64,000 nucleotides of DNA from Squalus acanthias. Its lineage: Eukaryota. A program made the position numbers and the translations under genes. Under the pieces are notes generated by a model. The model searched no databases. It was not told the DNA's origin and worked only from the letters and a program-made list of their open reading frames with translations. Of the stretch, positions 1 to 11,461 are shown piece after piece; the first letter of the stretch is position 1, and every line of letters begins with the position of its first letter. The DNA lies in the NCBI GenBank assembly GCA_030390025.1, contig CM059436.1, forward strand, positions 38,130,001-38,194,000. Reading direction: 5' to 3'.

Positions 1-601
1 ACTGGTATATCCCCATTGTCACACCATCACTGTTGAATGATACCATTTCATTGGTAATATAGTTTCTTTCCCCACTATCTCCATTCTAATACTTTCCTGT
101 AGATCACAATCTCAGAGATAACACAGTTGTTAATTTTCTCTTGTGTTCTATCACACAAAGAAATCCACCACTGCAAAGCTAGATGCAGTAACTGTGTATC
201 TCAAAATCATATAGGTGTTTCTTGGTCATAATCAGGTCCAAATCAAAGTAGTATTATTATTGAAATGTATTATTACGTGCTAGTTGAAACATATCCAGCT
301 ACTTTCAAAAAGGAATGAGACATGAACCTACGAATTGTAGATCAGTTAGCCTAATATCAGTAGTGGAAATAAAAGCTCTCTTGGCATTTTACAGGATCAT
401 ATCAATGTTCATCTAACTAGGCAGAATTCACAAGGCATAAGCAGCATTGATTTCGAAGTTACTAGTGAGGTAAATCTACTGGATTTTTTTGAGGCTGCTG
501 CTGCTCATCATTAAAGGGGAGGCGATTTTTGTCGTGGCAAATCAGTTTGTTCAAACAACAATTACTGCTTGATTGGTCAAAATTTTATTTCACTTTATAT
601 A

Positions 602-811
602 ATGAATGGAAGGAGAGATGTGGGGCAGACCCCTCCTTTTGCTGATGGTTTTTTGAAAGTCCTGGTGCAGGAGATGCAGCAAAGGAGGGCGCTCATCTTG
701 TGACCAGAAGACCATCCTCTTATTAAAACAAGCTGCCTGGTTGGAGGCAGCAGAAAGACGAAACGCTGTCTCCCAGGCCAAGAAGTTTTCACATATGAAG
801 ATAAGTGTCAA
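602..811 (+). pseudogene. Degraded Harbinger Myb/SANT-like exon 1
   Basis: Reads PPFADGFLKVLVQEMQQRRALIL..AAWLEAAE..KKFSHMKISVK with a stop and frameshift, then AAG|GTAAGT donor; same layout as the intact exon at 19135-19374. Confidence 0.55.
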
Positions 812-2842
812 GGTAAGTGTACCCACATTTGGGCAGTCTATTACTATTAGTGCACAGCATGCATGGCACAAACATAACTTGTAACCTGGTGCACCCTCAG
901 AGAGGCAGTGTGCATTGCATGAAGACAACCTTTCAACACGTGCTTACATGGCAAGAAAGCAGGGTACAATTTGTGTGTGCCTATAACAGAAAAATGTTGT
1001 AATGCGTGACCCGATCCAACAATCCAGAAAGTACATGAATTTTTAAAATAATCGTTCTGCCGATATTTGTATCCCTGACAAGGCTAGCAGTTATTGCCCA
1101 TCCCTAGTTGCCAAGGATTTTCAGCCCCAAAATCACTTTTCCTTCTTCCATTAGAGTAAGTGGGGCTGACAGTCCTCGGCCCTGCTCCACTGGCAGAGCA
1201 GGCACTGGTGACCTCTGCTCCTCACCCTTGCCCTGGATCAGGGCATGGTCATATAATTGTAATACCAATAGCAGGTGCCCAAAATGCAATGGACGCATCT
1301 AGGGTGCTAGCCAGAGGAGGGAAAGATGGGAAAACCAGAACAGGCTAGTTGGTGCCACTGGCTGAGGTTTTTTTTAATCCAGTTCAATTGGCCCCATTTT
1401 TAGGGGGCCAATATCAATAAACGAGCTGTGTGAATTGGATCGAGGTGGGATTTTGAACAGAGAGTTTCTGCTCAAAATCCAACCACTGTCAGGCCTTTTG
1501 AACCTGATTTATGTCACAGGAGCATTGTTAGGGTTGAGGGAATTCAGCTCCACTATTGGTAAATCCATAGAAATGCACCTAGGAACAGGAGGTACAAAAC
1601 ATATATTTAATGAAAGGTTGTGCATTAGTAAGGGTAGGAAAAGAAAAGAGCTAGGTATGATTATTAATCATTCAGTATTCAGTCAATGTGAAGCTGTCAG
1701 CAAGGGTAATCTTGTTTGGGAGTGCATTGCTAGGTCTTCTGATCATATTTTTCTCCTAAGTTAGCCCTAACAAGGTAAGAAGGAGAAATGAAGAGGAATC
1801 TAGTGATAGTTTGTCCTGAACTGGAGAGGCTCAGAATAATTCAGCAGTGGATGTCATGAACAGCAGAGATTAGGAAAGCTTCACCAGGAACTGACAGCGA
1901 TGTGGCAATGAGCTGGTAAGAAAAGAGGTGGAAACAGAGTTAGGGAATGGATGTGATTGAGTAAACTAAACTAACTTTAATAAAGGGACAATTAATTTCC
2001 AAATACAGGACCGGGTCTAAGAAAGTTCAAAAAAGGAGTTTCGACAGCTGATAATTTAACAGTTGGAGCTGAGTTTGCAACAAAAATAAAGAGCAAAGGA
2101 GATTCTCAATTGCAGTAAAACACGTCGATTGTTAATATTAGTTCTGACTGGTTACCAAATGCCAAGGAATAACAAAAATTCATTGTATTTTACTTGTTTG
2201 TGAGCGTCAGATGCCCAGAAGTCAAAATCGATCCCATAATTTCTTAAAGAAACAGGTCACCCAAAAACAAAAATAGTTCATATTGGCCAACATTTGAGTA
2301 CAGTGCCAGAAAATAGCTTTAATTTTACAATAGCAAGTTTTCAGTTGTTTTGCAAAAATATGTTTAGTGTCAACATACAGAATGAATTGATTCAATAGAA
2401 GTTTAAAGTAAAAGAAACTTCACATGCAGATACCAAATTTGCAGTCAGTTGTAGTTTGGCTTCAGGCTAGTTGAACATCTAATGCAAATCCTTCGTAGAT
2501 ATTTACACTGAAGTAAACCTCAGCACCTATCTCTCTGCTGGCCAATTATTTCCAGTGTGCCCTAGTGTTCCAACCTTGGCATCCTCACCTATAAGTTACC
2601 TCTGAGCGACATTATCCATAAGTATGGGTCATCTTTCATATTTGTCCCAATAATACTCAGCTTTACTTCTCTACTACCATCCTGGATTCTATGACTGTGT
2701 CTGTGCTGTTTCATTGCCTGTTCAGCAACAAGTCATGGTTTAGCCAGAACTTTTCGATCTCAATATTGGCAAGATGGAAGCCATTGTGTTCAACCACCAC
2801 CTTAGCCTCGCTCTAAATCCTTCCACCTTCCTACATAAAAAG

Positions 2843-3300
2843 TGTCAACCTTGATTTGTGGTAGCACTCGCAGCTCTGAGTCAGAAGATTGTGGTTTCAA
2901 GCCACACTCCAGAGACCTGAACACAAAGCTGATATTTCAGTGCAGTACTGAGGGAGTGCTGTACCATCAAAGGTGCTGTCTTTTGGTTGAGACTTTAAAC
3001 CAAGGTCCCTTCTGCCCTCTCAGGTGGACATAAAAGATCCCATGGCACAAGTCAAAGACGAGCAGGAGAGTTCATCTGGCATCCTGGCCAACATTTATCC
3101 CTCAACCAACATCACTAAAACTGATTATCTAGTCATTTATCTCATTGCTGTTGATGGGCACCTGCTCTGCACAATTAGCTGTCGCGTTTCCCTACACTAC
3201 AACAGTGACTACACTTCAACAGTACTTCATTAGCTATGAAGTGTTTTGGGACATCTTGAGGATGTGAAAAGCACTGTACAAATGCAAGTTCTTTCTTCTT
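2843..3300 (+). mobile_element. tRNA-derived Deu-domain SINE (SacSINE1-like)
   Basis: tRNA-like head (tggtagcactc..tttcaagcc), Deu-type core cagtgcagtactgagggagtgctg..taaaagatcccatggcac, tail aaatgcaagttctttc; similar copies elsewhere in window. Confidence 0.75.
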
Positions 3301-3929
3301 TCTTTACATCTGTCCCACCTTCAATAGCCTCCTTAAAACCTCTCTTCCACACAGCCTTCAGCCACCTGCCCTAACATTACTCCTGCTCAGCTCTGAGCCT
3401 CAACGATAATATACTTTCCCATATTTTGCTGGTTTAAAAGTGCTTGGTTAATGTAAGCTGTCATAATGTAGAACAATTCAAAATGATCATGTGCATCTCT
3501 GACGAGCTTTAAAGTGGTTCTGGGGCAAACAATCCCTCTCTTATACTTTCCTACAATTAGAATATTTAACTTCCAATCTGACCTATCCCTGTTTCATGCA
3601 CATTACTTTGTAATAGAAACATGCACCAGAAATCTTGTCCCCTAATATATTTAGAAGTGTTTTGTGAACCTTATTGTGAGGGAGACCACCTTATGTGGAC
3701 ATGTAGCTAAAGGATCATTTCCAGCACCCTTTACAAAAAAAATCATGGAATCAAGATAGGTTGATTAAAAAGTGTTACAGAGTTTCTTTAGGTTGTCCTG
3801 CCCTTCCAGCTGAGGATGGTAGATAGACCAATGGTTCTCAAACTGGCGTCTGTAGAGACTTTCCAGGGGGTCCGCGAACTAAACCGCCTCCGTCACAAGT
3901 TTCATATGAAACATATTGAAATAAAATCA

Positions 3930-4365
3930 CATTACAGGAAAGATGTGATTTCACTAGAGAGGGTACAAAGGAGATTTACGAGGATGTTGCCAGGACTGGA
4001 AAATTGTAGCTATGAGGAAAGATTGGATAGACTGGGTTTGTTTTCTTTGGAACAGAGGAGGCTGAGGGGAGATCTAATTGAGGTGTATAAAATTATGAGG
4101 GGCTTAGATAGAGTGGATTGGAAGGACCTATTTCCCCTTGCAGAGAGGCCAATAACCAGGGGGCATAGATTTAAAGTAATTGGTAGAAACCCTCATCACA
4201 TTTAAAAAGTACTTGGATATGCACTTGAAGCGCTGTAACCTACAGGGCTACGGACCAAGAGCTGGAAAGTGGGATTAGGTTGGATAGCCTTTTTATGGCT
4301 GGCATAGACACGATGGGCCAAATGGCCTCCTTCTGTGCAGTAAACTTCTATGATTTTATGTTTCT
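3930..4365 (+). mobile_element. CR1 LINE 3' fragment with internal deletion
   Basis: ORF 3816-4205 contains LERVQRRFTRMLPGLENCSYEERLDRLGLFSLEQRRLRGDLIEVYKI; CR1 3' UTR and ttctatga-type tail. Confidence 0.9.
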
Positions 4366-4389
4366 ATAAAGATTTCTAATTGGAGACCA

Positions 4390-6143
4390 CTTCAATGATG
4401 GCAGAGCCCAGCACGTGAGTGCAAAAGACAAGGCTGAAGCGTTTGCAACCATCTTCAACCAGAAGTGCCGAGTGGATGATCCATATCGGCCTACTCCCGA
4501 GGTCCCCACCATCACAGAAGCCAGTCTTCAGCCAATTCGATTCACACCACGTGATATCAAGAAACGGCTGAGCGCACTGGATACAGCAAAGGCTATGGGC
4601 CCTGACAACATCCCGGCTATCGTGCTGAAGACATGTGCTCCAGAACTAGCCGCACCTCTAGCCAAGCTGTTCCAGTACAGCTACAACACTGGCATCTATC
4701 CGACAATGTGGAAAACTGCCCAGGTATGTCCTGTCCACAAAAAGCTGGACAAATCCAACCCGGCCAATTACCACCCCATCAATCTACTCTCAATCATCAG
4801 CAAAGTGATGGAAGGTGTCATCGACAGTGCTATCATGCGGCACTTACTCACCAATAACCTGCTCACTGATGCCCAGTTTGGGTTCTGCCAAGACCACTCA
4901 GCTCCCGACCTCATTACAGCCTTGGTCCAAACATGGACAAAGGAGCTGAATTCCAGAGGTGAGGTGAGAGTGACTGCCCTTGACATCAAGGCAGTATTTG
5001 ACCGAGTGTGGCATCAAGGAGCCCTAGTAAAACTGAAGTCAATGGGAATCAGGGGGAAAACGCTCCACTGGCTGGAGTCATACCTAGCACAAAGGAAGAT
5101 GGTTGTGGTGGTTGAAGGTCAATCATCACAGCCCCAGGACATCGCTGCAGGAGTTCCTCAGGGCAGTGTCCTAGGCCCAACCATCTTCAGCTGCTTCATC
5201 AATGACCTTCCCTCCACATAAGGTCAGAAATGGGGATGTTCGCTGATGACTGCACAGTGTTCAGCGCCATTCACAACTCCTCAGATAATGAAGCAGTCCA
5301 TGCCCGCATGCAACAAGACCTGGATGACATTTAGGCTTGGGCTGATAAGTGGCAGGTAACATTCGCGCCACAGAAGTGCCAGGCAATGACAATCTCCAAC
5401 AAGCGAGAGTCTAACCACCTGCCCTTGACATTCAACGGCATTACCATCGCCGAATCCCCCACCATCAACATCCTGGGGGTCACCATTGACCAGAAACTTA
5501 ACTGGACCAGCCACATAAATACTGTAGCAACAAGAGCAAGTCAGAGGCTAGGTATTCTGCGACGACTGTCTCACCTCTTGACTCCCCAAAGCCTTTCCAC
5601 CATCTACAAGGCACAAGTAAGGAGTGTGATGGAATACTCTCCACTTGTCTGGATGAGTGCAGCTCCAACAACACTCAAGAAGCTCGACACCATCCAGGAC
5701 AAAGCAGCCCATTTGATTGGCACCCCATCCACCACCTTAACCATTCACTCCCTCCACCATCGGCGTACCGTGGCTGCAGTGTGTACCATCTACAAGATGC
5801 ACTGCAGCAACTCGCCAAGGCTTCTTCGGCAGCACCTCCCAAACCCACAATCTCTACACCTAGAAGGACAAGGGCAGCAGGCGCATGGGAACGCCACCAC
5901 CTCCAAGTTCCCCTCCAAGTCACACACCATCCTGACTTAGAAGTATATCGCCGTTCCTTCATCGTCGCTGGGTCAAAATCCTGGAACTCCCTCCCTAACA
6001 GCACTGTGGGAGTACCTTCACCACACAGACTGCAGCGGTTCAAGAAGGTGGCTCACCACCACCTTCTCAAGGGCAACTAGGGATGGGCAATAAATGCTGG
6101 CCTTGCCAGCAACGCCCAGATCCCTTAAGCGAATAAAAAAAAA
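4390..6143 (+). mobile_element. 5'-truncated non-LTR retrotransposon RT (CR1/L2 group, distinct from the other CR1 copies)
   Basis: ORFs 4415-5221 and 5386-5940: [37 protein letters not shown]; disrupted near 5220; AATAAA and A-rich tail at 6132-6143. Confidence 0.88.
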
Positions 6144-6403
6144 TGATAAATTAAATGTTATAATCACTAATAATAACCTTCTTCCACCCCCCAGCAACTT
6201 TGACTGCCCACTGATTGGTTCAAAAGCTCCAGACAAAAACAGAGATTCACCATTTATTGGTTCTTTGATCTGTCATATGGCACGCTAACATCCAGTTTGT
6301 GGAGAGGAATAGATAGAATCGTACTTTTAAAACTAGGCTTAGGTTTTAACCAATGGAAACAACTCTGGAGTGCATCTATCTATAATTATTTTTTATTATT
6401 GTA

Positions 6404-6404
6404 A

Positions 6405-6440
<36 letters not shown>
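6404..6440. repeat. (CA)n(TA)n microsatellite
   Basis: acacacacacatatatatatat... seen directly. Confidence 0.9.
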
Positions 6441-6442
<2 letters not shown>

Positions 6443-9400
6443 ATTATTAATATATGTCTTTAAAAAGCCATAAAGTGATCCCACCTCTTTTTCTGATTGG
6501 TGAGAGTCCAATCGTTGGAGAGCGTTGACTGGATAAAGTAGTCGTCAATCATTTACGAGTGTCAGTGTCAAACATCACACCACGGATAGACAGGCTCCGC
6601 AGTGAGAAGGAGACACACCTATCTCATTGATATCTCTAAGTAAATACTTGTTTTCTTAAAAGCATTATTAAAACACACTTTACATGCAACACTTTCATAT
6701 TATGAGTATTATATAGTATTATAATTTGGATGGGGGGTCCGTGATTACTAATCCCTTTGAAAAGGGGTCCTTCAACCAAAAAAAATTTGAGAACCACTGG
6801 CATAGACAAGGAGGCCACCAGAAAGGAAAAAAAATCAGGAGAGAAATATCACAGAGTAAAGTTAGGCTAGATTTTCTACCTATTGACTACCTGAAAGAAT
6901 ACATAAAAGGGCTGATTGTCTAATTGGATGCTCTTGGTGCAGAGCTGCACTCACAGGGATTACTGGTCTGGAAATCAGGGGCCTGCAGCCCCTAAAGTTT
7001 CATCCAGTGATTGAATTAGATGGAGAATCAGGGGCTGTGAGCCTTAAATTTCCCAACCAGCACTACCTGCCAACGTTGGTCTGGGCTGGAAACACCCAGT
7101 CAGCCCTCAAATAAAAGGTTAAAATAAGAAATGACATTAAAAGCATACAGCATTTTAAAAATATGAACGGAAGGAAATTTGAAATAATTACATAAACATG
7201 CAAAAAGCAACTTTAAAACAAAAACGCATTTAAAGTTTATTCCTTTAACGAAAACACAGAATTGGATGAATAATGATGAAATGAGTAACAAATGTAAAAT
7301 AGTTAAGCAGTATTCACTCCCTAGATTTAAAAAGCATTGACTCTCCTGCCACCCTCTAGATCTTACAATCAACGGTCTCATTACTATCCCTATGCAGTTT
7401 AAAGTTCAGTTCAGAAGCTGTTACTGTCTTTGTGAGATTGATGCTCCATGTGGAGCTGAGAGGGGAGTCTGACAGCACTTCTACATGGTGTGCTTGAGGA
7501 GGCGCAGAGAGTGAGTGCAAAAGGAGATGAGAGGATTTATGTTTTACAGCTGCAGTGATTCCCTGATACACTTTCTCACTGTGCTGTGCTCACAAGAGGA
7601 GAATAGCATTTTCATGCTCAGTTTTGCCCGTAAGTCTGAATAGAAGTAAACGTGGCTCAGTGAGCATAAACGACATCTTGAACCGGACGATAGCGACTTT
7701 GTACACCATTGGCTCCGATTTCCCCCAAAAGTTTTTCAGTCGTGTCTTTTCTAGAAAGAAAAAAAAACATGCCGAGAGAAATGCAAAACGAATGGAAATT
7801 CGACAAAAGAAGATTTGTTTTACCGGCCAGTAATAGAATCACTGCAGACTTTTACAGCTGTATCTCTAACATTCAACACACTGGTGGTATTTGTGTGTAG
7901 AATATTGGTCTTTTCTTTAAATGGGTGTATTTTCCCAGTCTAGAATAATTAAAATTAACATTTAAAATGTGCTTATTTAGTAAAAGCGATCCACTCCCGA
8001 ATGGGAATGGAAATTCTGTAATGCATCGGCTGAGTGTATTGCTGTCTACCTGCCAAGTGTAATGTTATACAAATATCCAATGGAGCTATTGTCCAAAAAC
8101 TGGTAGGCATCAACATTTTCCCCTTGTAAATTGAGCGTTATTATAAATTGAGTAATATGGTAACTGTTATTTGTGGTAGCAAGGGAATAATAACTTAAAC
8201 GCACTAAATTATTGCAACCGGTGAAAAGAAGCCAAAAACCTGATCATGCTTTTGGTTTTCCACATAAAACTGTAATTTTCGACCAGAATCTTTTTAAAGA
8301 CTGTAATAGAAGCTTGTTGGAGGTCTTCAGTGAGATTGCCTAATTAAGTGTAATTTAAAGCTAAAGTTATATTGGCAAATCTTAAGCTAACCATAAGTCT
8401 GTAGCAGGAATGCACAGTAATCTATTAACAACACACAAGGAAAAGAGCAGAAACGAATGCCCCCGATTTTAACGGGAGGGTGGGAACAATGCGCCCGCCC
8501 TGAAGCGGGCATTGCACACGGAAGTGAGAGTGATGTCGAAGCCTGGCCGATTGTAACCGCGGGGCTTCATTTCGGCGGGGTGGCCGGCCCGTGCCTTGGC
8601 TGCAGGTCACCCACCCACACAACACAATTTCCAGTGGGAGTCACGCCAGCATTTAAAAACTGAATGCGTCTCTTAAAGGGAGGCTGCATTCACTGAAGGG
8701 AAATACCAGTGAAAGTTGCTACAGGGAAGCTGCAAAAGTTTCAGGATGGATGGCAAGGGAAGGTAGGTGGCCCCCAGGTTCTCTGACACCTCCCTGGAGG
8801 TGCTGCTGTCAGCCGTGAGGGCCAGGAGGAATGTTCTATTCCCCAGAAGTGAAAAGATCATGTCCAGCACTCTCACCATGAAAGCATGACTGGAAGTCAC
8901 GCGGGAAGTGAGCAGCAGGAGCATCACCCAGAGGACCTGGATCCAATGCTGGAAAAGATTCAATGACCTCACTAGATCAGAAAAGGTGAATACAGCTCCT
9001 CTTTCAACCAACTCTTGCAGTGCACCTGCTTACAGACCCTCTCCTCCCTCCTCTACCATTCACGTCAATCCCACCCCTGTATCATTTCTCACACCATCAA
9101 TCCCATTTATACACAGTCTAATCTTCACTCCTAATGCACACTCACCTCCTGCTTCCTCCTTTCACTGCTGCCACTCACACCATCCTCTTCTGATCTGCTC
9201 TCAATTGCTCAATCTCCACCTCCTCTCATCACTGCTTCTCAATTCACACTGAAGCCACTTACTGCACAATCACGATGTCCCCATACCAGCTTCCTTCTTT
9301 CCCCTTTGACCTTATGCACTACACCCAGAAGCATCACACATCTTGGAGCGCCCAAACCTGTCAAGGCACCTAAATCTTAGCTTGAGGATCCCAATGGCCA

Positions 9401-9673
9401 GCTCAGTAACTCACCTTCTGGTGGCATGGATTTTGCTATATCTGTTCTGCTCAGGAGTGGTGGGGTTTCGAAGGGGTGTCATCAGCCATGGTAGAAGGGG
9501 ATAACCCTTATCCTCAAGGAGCCATCCTCTAAGATTACCCCCAGGTTGGAACAGTGGGAGGATATTGGAGTGCCTTAAACTGAAAGAACCATGGCAGCTT
9601 CCAGGATGGCAGGCACAGACTTGCAAGAAGTTCTCCTTGTCATCACATACATTTATTGACTGATAAAAGCTCC

Positions 9674-9827
9674 TGGCTGGCCGTGAGATGCCCTGATGGC
9701 TACATATGTCCAGTCAATCATGCCCTACACTTGGGGAAAGTCAATCATAGCAGCGTAGCCCAAGGCTCTCTCATTCTGACTGTGTTCATCTCTCCCGAAA
9801 GAAATGTATTGAATGGCCCTGGTAAAT
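9674..9827 (+). repeat. 154-bp target-site duplication, copy 1 (copy 2 at 11462-11615)
   Basis: tggctggccgtgagatg...ggccctggtaaat occurs on both sides of the RTE with one mismatch (atctctccc vs atctgtccc). Confidence 0.93.
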
Positions 9828-11461
9828 TCTTCCTTCTTCTTCTTAGGCAGTCCCTCGGAACCGAGGATGACTTGCTTCCACATTAAAAATGAGATCTCAG
9901 GTGACTGATGAGTCCAATGCGGGACCTACAGTCTCTGTCACAGGTGGGGCAGACGGTGGTTGAAGGGGCGGGTGGGTGGGGTGCTTGGGTTGACGTGCGC
10001 TCCTTCCGTTGTTTGCGCTTGGCTTCCGCTTGCTCCCGGTGAAGAGACTCGAGGTATTTGGCGCCTTCCCGGATGCTTCTCCTCCACTTTGTGCGGTCTT
10101 GGGCCAGGGATTCCCAGGTGTCGGTGGGGATGTTGCACTTTTTCAAGGAGGCTTTGAGGGTGTCCTTGAAGCGTTTCCTCTGCCCACCTGGGGCTCTGTT
10201 GCCGTGTCGGAGCTCCGAGTAGAGCGCTTGTTTTGGGAGTCTCGTATCGGGCAAGCGGACGATGTGACCCGTCCATCGGAGCTGATCGAGCGTGGTCAAA
10301 GCTTTGATGCTGGGGATGTTGGCCTGAGCGAGAACACTGACGTTGGTGCGCCTATCCTGCCAATGGATTTGCAGGACCTTGCGGAGGCAGCGTTGGTGGT
10401 ACCTCTCCAGTGCTTTGAGGTGCCTGCTGTACATGGTCCATGTCTCCAAGGCATACAGGAGGGCGGGTATTACTACTGCTCTGTAGACCATGAGCTTGGT
10501 GCCGGGTTTGAGGTCCTGTTCTTCAAACACTTTCTTCCTCAGGCGACCGAAGGCTACCCTTGTTGACAGTAGGTTCCCGAGGTATGGAAAGTGGTCCACG
10601 TTGTCCAAGGCCGTGTCATGGATTTTGATAATCGGGGGGCAGTACTGTGTGGCGGGGGCAGGTTGGTAGAGGACCTTTGTCTTACGGATGTTTAGTGTAA
10701 GGCCCATGGTCTCGTACGCTTCGGTGAAGGTGTTAATGATGGTTTGGAGTTCGACCTCTGAGTGAGCGCAGACGCAAGCATCGTCTGCATACTGTAATTC
10801 GACGACAGAGGAAGGGACGACCTTGGATCTGGACTGGAGGCGATGGAGGTTGAACAGTTTCCTGTTTGTTCTGTAAATTAGCTCCACTCCAGCGGGGAGC
10901 TTACTGAGGGTGAGATGGAGCATTGCCGCAAGGAAGATCGAGAAGAGCGTTGGTGCGATGACACAGCCTTGCTTGACCCCGGTCCGTACATGAATTGGGT
11001 CTGTGGTGGAACCGTTGGTCAGGATCACGGCTTGCATGTCGTCGTGAAGCAGGCGGAGGATGGTGACAAACTTTTGAGGGCAGCCGAATTTGAGGAGGAC
11101 ACTCCATAATCCCTCACGGTTAACAGTGTCAAAGGCCTTTGTGAGGTCAAAGAAGGCCATGTACAGCGGTTGGTGCTGTTCCCTGCATTTCTCTTGTAAT
11201 TGGCACGCGGTGAAGATCATGTCCATTGTGCCCCTTAGTAGGCAGAATCCGCATTGCAACACTGGGAGGAGCTCTTCAGCCACTGGGAGAAGGCGATTGA
11301 GGAGGATTCTTGCGATGACTTTCCCTGTGGCAGACAGCAGGGAAACTCCTCTGTAATTACCGCAATCAGACTTGTCACCTTTCTTGAAGATGGTCACAAT
11401 TACGGCGTCTCTGAGATCCCCTGGCATGCTCTCCTTCTTCCAGATAAGAGAAATGAGTTCA
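9828..11461 (-). mobile_element. 5'-truncated RTE-clade LINE
   Basis: RT ORF with GVKQGCVIAPTLF and LQYADD; short 3' UTR ending in (GAA)n; flanked by a 154-bp direct repeat. Confidence 0.92.
9883..11427 (-). CDS. RTE reverse transcriptase with C-terminal CCHH zinc finger (partial ORF, 514 aa)
   Basis: NYRGVSLLS, FFDLTKAFD, YADD, FPYLG, CPTCDRDCRSRIGLISHLRSH; uninterrupted frame with an apparent small in-frame deletion after LLSTR. Confidence 0.85.
   Translation of the reverse strand: MPGDLRDAVIVTIFKKGDKSDCGNYRGVSLLSATGKVIARILLNRLLPVAEELLPVLQCGFCLLRGTMDMIFTACQLQEKCREQHQPLYMAFFDLTKAFDTVNREGLWSVLLKFGCPQKFVTILRLLHDDMQAVILTNGSTTDPIHVRTGVKQGCVIAPTLFSIFLAAMLHLTLSKLPAGVELIYRTNRKLFNLHRLQSRSKVVPSSVVELQYADDACVCAHSEVELQTIINTFTEAYETMGLTLNIRKTKVLYQPAPATQYCPPIIKIHDTALDNVDHFPYLGNLLSTRVAFGRLRKKVFEEQDLKPGTKLMVYRAVVIPALLYALETWTMYSRHLKALERYHQRCLRKVLQIHWQDRRTNVSVLAQANIPSIKALTTLDQLRWTGHIVRLPDTRLPKQALYSELRHGNRAPGGQRKRFKDTLKASLKKCNIPTDTWESLAQDRTKWRRSIREGAKYLESLHREQAEAKRKQRKERTSTQAPHPPAPSTTVCPTCDRDCRSRIGLISHLRSHF

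Larger units (their letters stand above)
3829..6799. mobile_element. Non-autonomous hAT (Charlie-like) element carrying two nested LINE insertions
   Basis: TIRs CAATGGTTCTCAAA (3829) and TTTGAGAACCACTG (ends 6799); 8-bp TSD agatagac (3821-3828) / gcatagac (6800-6807); subterminal gggggtccg motifs at both ends. Confidence 0.7.

Noticed and set aside
7624-7900. CpG-containing short ORFs as a host first exon
   Set aside because: No recognisable protein motif or convincing splice pair
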